IMG/VR virus record: IMGVR_UViG_3300046115_000130
Span: 1 to 46,947 of that record
Reading direction: 5' to 3' (one strand)
DNA length: 46,947 bases
From: a virus
Lineage: Duplodnaviria; Caudoviricetes
The first letter of the stretch is position 1; every line of letters begins with the position of its first letter. Shown here piece by piece: positions 44,745 through 46,947 of this stretch. Position numbers and translations under genes: made by a program. The notes under the pieces were generated by a model, which saw only the letters and a program-made list of their open reading frames with translations, was not told the origin of the DNA and did not search any database.

Positions 44745-45330
44745 GCAAACACGAGCGTATCGTATGGCGTGTGCATGATGATGATGATGATTCTTGTTTG
44801 TATGAGAGATAGATAGAGAGAGGATAGGGATGAAATTAAGAGAAGAAGGTGGGGGGGGTGCGTCTGGGAATGCTCGCTCCAATGTGAGTGGGCTATGAGG
44901 ACCCTTCGGGTCCCTCGCGCGACGCCCGCCCGCGTCTCGCGCGCGTGTTCGGCCGCATCTTGTGTCCACCACCCAGCTTGCACGTGGCCAGCGCACCATA
45001 ATTGAGGTTATCAGAACCAAACAACGCGCGTGCCAGATGCACGAGTTAGAGCGGACGTGAGCAATTGGCACGGAAATGGCAGGGGGGATAGCTCTAAAAA
45101 GACCGGGCGGCGAAAACCCTATGTTTTTACACCCTACAAAAATCAAAAACCTACGTAAGGGTTTCCCGTGAACTTTTACCCCTTTTATCCGATGCTACCA
45201 TATACGGTTATTCCATATACTTTCAAAAAGTAGTCATAACAACTATTTGATTTCCAAACAGAAGCTTCTACACTGGCACGCTTTTTGTCACCATATCCCA
45301 TCATCTCATTACCATCGCCACATCACAAAA
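44745..45330. other. Large non-coding divergence region; candidate physical genome end / control region
   Basis: Transcription diverges here; (GAT)n, GA-rich and G8 tracts, hairpin GGACCC-TTC-GGGTCC, AT-rich right half; octamer polarity switches here. Confidence 0.55.
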
Positions 45331-45332
45331 AC

Positions 45333-45361
45333 TTGCATCTTGGCCTCAAGTCTCGTATGTT
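45333..45361 (+). promoter_or_regulatory. Sigma70-like early promoter
   Basis: TTGCAT, 17 nt, TATGTT with an A-tract upstream; ~70 nt before the first early gene. Confidence 0.6.
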
Positions 45362-45433
45362 TTTGGACGATACACCTTGCGTTGAAGCGAACAGCAAAGG
45401 ACAGAACCCACCCAGCAAACCGAAAGGGAAGCA

Positions 45434-45667
45434 ATGGACAACACGGAAGACATTAGAAGGAACATGATCGAGAACGGAAAACCGTTGGAAGACTTTGCGA
45501 AGGACAAGAAGCGCAAGTGGACAACGGATGAACTGACCCAGGAATTCGAAGTCCTTGGATTCGCGGCACCTTTCGTCGTGGTCCGGCGCAAGTCGGATGG
45601 AGTGAAGGGAAGCATGGAGTTCATGCATTCGCCACGGGTTTACTTCGATTTCCGGGCCGATAGGTGA
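45434..45667 (+). CDS. Hypothetical protein (WTTDEL...FEVLGFAAPFVVVRRKSDGVKGS motif)
   Basis: Clean ORF with a purine-rich RBS; motif resembles a recurrent hypothetical family (from memory). Confidence 0.85.
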   Translation: MDNTEDIRRNMIENGKPLEDFAKDKKRKWTTDELTQEFEVLGFAAPFVVVRRKSDGVKGSMEFMHSPRVYFDFRADR

Positions 45668-45670
45668 GCC

Positions 45671-45916
45671 ATGTATCATCTCTCACTCACTGAGGCAGAC
45701 TTCGAAGCTATCTGCTTCGTTGGCTATCGCTACGGATGGTCCAACGTTCTCTACAAGCATGGAGTAGGGGAACACGACATTCCGGAGCACGAAGCATGGG
45801 CAATCAAGGAAGCTTGCGATTCCGATACGGAAGGCGGACATTGCTACTTCCCGATGCTGGACATGCGCTCAGAGCTTGCCAGCAAGCTCTTCAAGTTCCT
45901 GGATTCCATCGTGTGA
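45671..45916 (+). CDS. Hypothetical early protein
   Basis: AGGTGA SD; tight packing. Confidence 0.8.
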   Translation: MYHLSLTEADFEAICFVGYRYGWSNVLYKHGVGEHDIPEHEAWAIKEACDSDTEGGHCYFPMLDMRSELASKLFKFLDSIV

Positions 45917-45919
45917 CAC

Positions 45920-46135
45920 ATGACCAACCCAGACATACTCCCGCGCTTCAAGACAGAGAACGAAGCGCGTGATTACGCAAAGCGTGAGAGCGCGAGAAGT
46001 GAAGAACTGTTCATCATCAAGTCACACTGCCCTGAGTATCCAGATGCTCCTTACTGTGTGGACAATGATGCATTCTGCCGCAACTGGGAGTGGATCATTG
46101 CCAGATACCAGAACGGAAGAGAGATCAAGAATTAA
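45920..46135 (+). CDS. Hypothetical early protein
   Basis: Tight packing. Confidence 0.75.
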   Translation: MTNPDILPRFKTENEARDYAKRESARSEELFIIKSHCPEYPDAPYCVDNDAFCRNWEWIIARYQNGREIKN

Positions 46136-46167
46136 AGTTTCAAGGGAAGAATGCCGATAGGTGAAGT

Positions 46168-46401
46168 ATGAACTACAAATTCAAGATCTACACTGGGCCA
46201 ACAACGGTTAAAGAAGTAGCGGAAGCGCTCCGTAGCTCTGGAGTCTACGTGTATCTGGAAGGAACGGAACACGTCTACATCGCTTCGCCGTGTGAGGAAA
46301 TTTACGATACTAACGTTTACGTTCAAACCCGATTGCTTGAGACGCACGGAAAGAGATTCGGAATCCTACATAGTGACTTCTCATTCTTGGGTGAAGCATG
46401 A
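46168..46401 (+). CDS. Hypothetical early protein
   Basis: AGGTGA SD; ATGA overlap with the next gene. Confidence 0.75.
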   Translation: MNYKFKIYTGPTTVKEVAEALRSSGVYVYLEGTEHVYIASPCEEIYDTNVYVQTRLLETHGKRFGILHSDFSFLGEA

Positions 46402-46947
46402 ACATCATCACTAGAGAAGAACTAAAAGAAAAGGAAGCCTGCATCGAAGGGCTTGCGCTTTTCGATAAGCTAGCAATCGACGGTAAGCTTGAACTGTCAA
46501 CCACCCAGAACGCGGAGCACGTTCTCCGAAACGGTGGGCATGTCTACTGGGAGTGGTTGCGTGAAAATTTCGCGACGCCGTCGTTGTACCACGCCAACCT
46601 GCGCGGCGCCAACCTGAGCGGCGCCGACCTGCGCGGCGCCGACCTGAGCGACGCCAACCTGCGCGACGCCGACCTGAGCGGCGCCAACCTGCGCGACGCC
46701 AACCTGCGCGACGCCGACCTGAGCGACGCCGACCTGCGCGACGCCGACCTGCACGGCGCCAACCTGCACGGCGCCGACCTGAGCGACGCCGACCTGCGCG
46801 ACGCCGACCTGAGCGGCGCCAACCTGCACGGCGCCGACCTGCACGGCGCCGACCTGAGCGACGCCGACCTGCGCGACGCCGACCTGCGCGACGCCGACCT
46901 GCACGGCGCCAACCTGCACGGCGCCAACCTGCACGGCGCCAACCTGA
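46398..46947 (+). CDS. Pentapeptide-repeat protein, 5' part (runs off the window end and probably continues at position 2)
   Basis: Not in ORF track. ATG 46398 overlaps the previous [22 protein letters not shown]...YH followed by A(N/D)L(R/S/H)(G/D) repeats from 46593 with no in-frame stop. Confidence 0.9.
   Translation, partial: MNIITREELKEKEACIEGLALFDKLAIDGKLELSTTQNAEHVLRNGGHVYWEWLRENFATPSLYHANLRGANLSGADLRGADLSDANLRDADLSGANLRDANLRDADLSDADLRDADLHGANLHGADLSDADLRDADLSGANLHGADLHGADLSDADLRDADLRDADLHGANLHGANLHGANL
46593..46947 (+). repeat. 15-bp minisatellite GCC-RAC-CTG-(CGC/AGC/CAC)-GRC, about 23-24 units
   Basis: Directly visible tandem array; 46745-46811 is identical to 1-67. Confidence 0.95.

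Larger units (their letters stand above)
285..46508. repeat. Dispersed over-represented octamer CTGGGTGG / CCACCCAG (43 exact copies counted by eye)
   Basis: CTGGGTGG on + at 4118, 5529, 8429, 9162, 9450, 10705, 11840, 14018, 15030, 15498, 15607, 15714, 17636, 18573, 20305, 22590, 23628, 25922, 26761, 32375, 35336, 38822, 40513, 40621, 43179, 43462; CCACCCAG on + at 285, 1396, 1869, 2102, 4073, 7277, 8985, 9122, 10050, 13465, 17449, 18469, 22767, 25717, 44969, 45408, 46501. Confidence 0.9.
1..46947. mobile_element. Near-complete tailed bacteriophage genome (podovirus-like, P22/T7-style tail and ejection proteins)
   Basis: TerL, portal, scaffold, major capsid, adaptor/nozzle and ejection-type genes in canonical order; phage replication module; no tape measure or sheath gene; both ends lie in the same repeat gene. 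Confidence 0.95.

Noticed and set aside
46497-46942. Minus-strand ORFs with VGAVQ and RLAP repeats
   Set aside because: Shadows of the plus-strand pentapeptide minisatellite, which has a coupled start and canonical A(D/N)Lxx repeats
1-46947. Stop-codon reassignment
   Set aside because: Conserved genes are full length in the standard code, and TGA, TAG and TAA all end genes at coupled junctions
1-46947. tRNA genes, integrase/att site, diversity-generating retroelement, introns or inteins
   Set aside because: No cloverleaf, recombinase, reverse transcriptase, template/variable repeat pair or splice motifs seen by eye

Overview
The window is an apparently near-complete ~47 kb tailed phage genome with podovirus-like architecture. 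Both ends fall inside one pentapeptide-repeat gene, so it is probably a circular or permuted assembly broken at a repeat. Modules: (i) small rightward early genes (45.4 kb across the junction to 1.1 kb); (ii) a leftward DUF932-like / PadR-like / lipoprotein / sigma-like operon behind back-to-back promoters at ~3.8 kb; (iii) rightward replication genes (SNF2 helicase, SSB-like, DnaG-type primase fused to an MCM helicase, RecU-like resolvase); (iv) a long leftward late region with TerS/TerL, a 7-gene glycosylation cassette, portal, scaffold, major capsid, adaptor, apparently split nozzle, spike and three ejection-type proteins, the largest carrying a JAB/MPN-like motif. I could not recognise a DNA polymerase, integrase, endolysin or tRNA. 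The most striking unexplained signal is the octamer CTGGGTGG. I counted 43 exact copies by eye against about 2 expected. Its orientation flips at the non-coding 44.75-44.97 kb segment in the way protective Chi sites would at two linear genome ends, and copies tend to sit in local GC-rich patches. Several structured intergenic RNAs are also present, one resembling C4 antisense RNA. All protein calls come from motifs and gene order read by eye; no searches were run.
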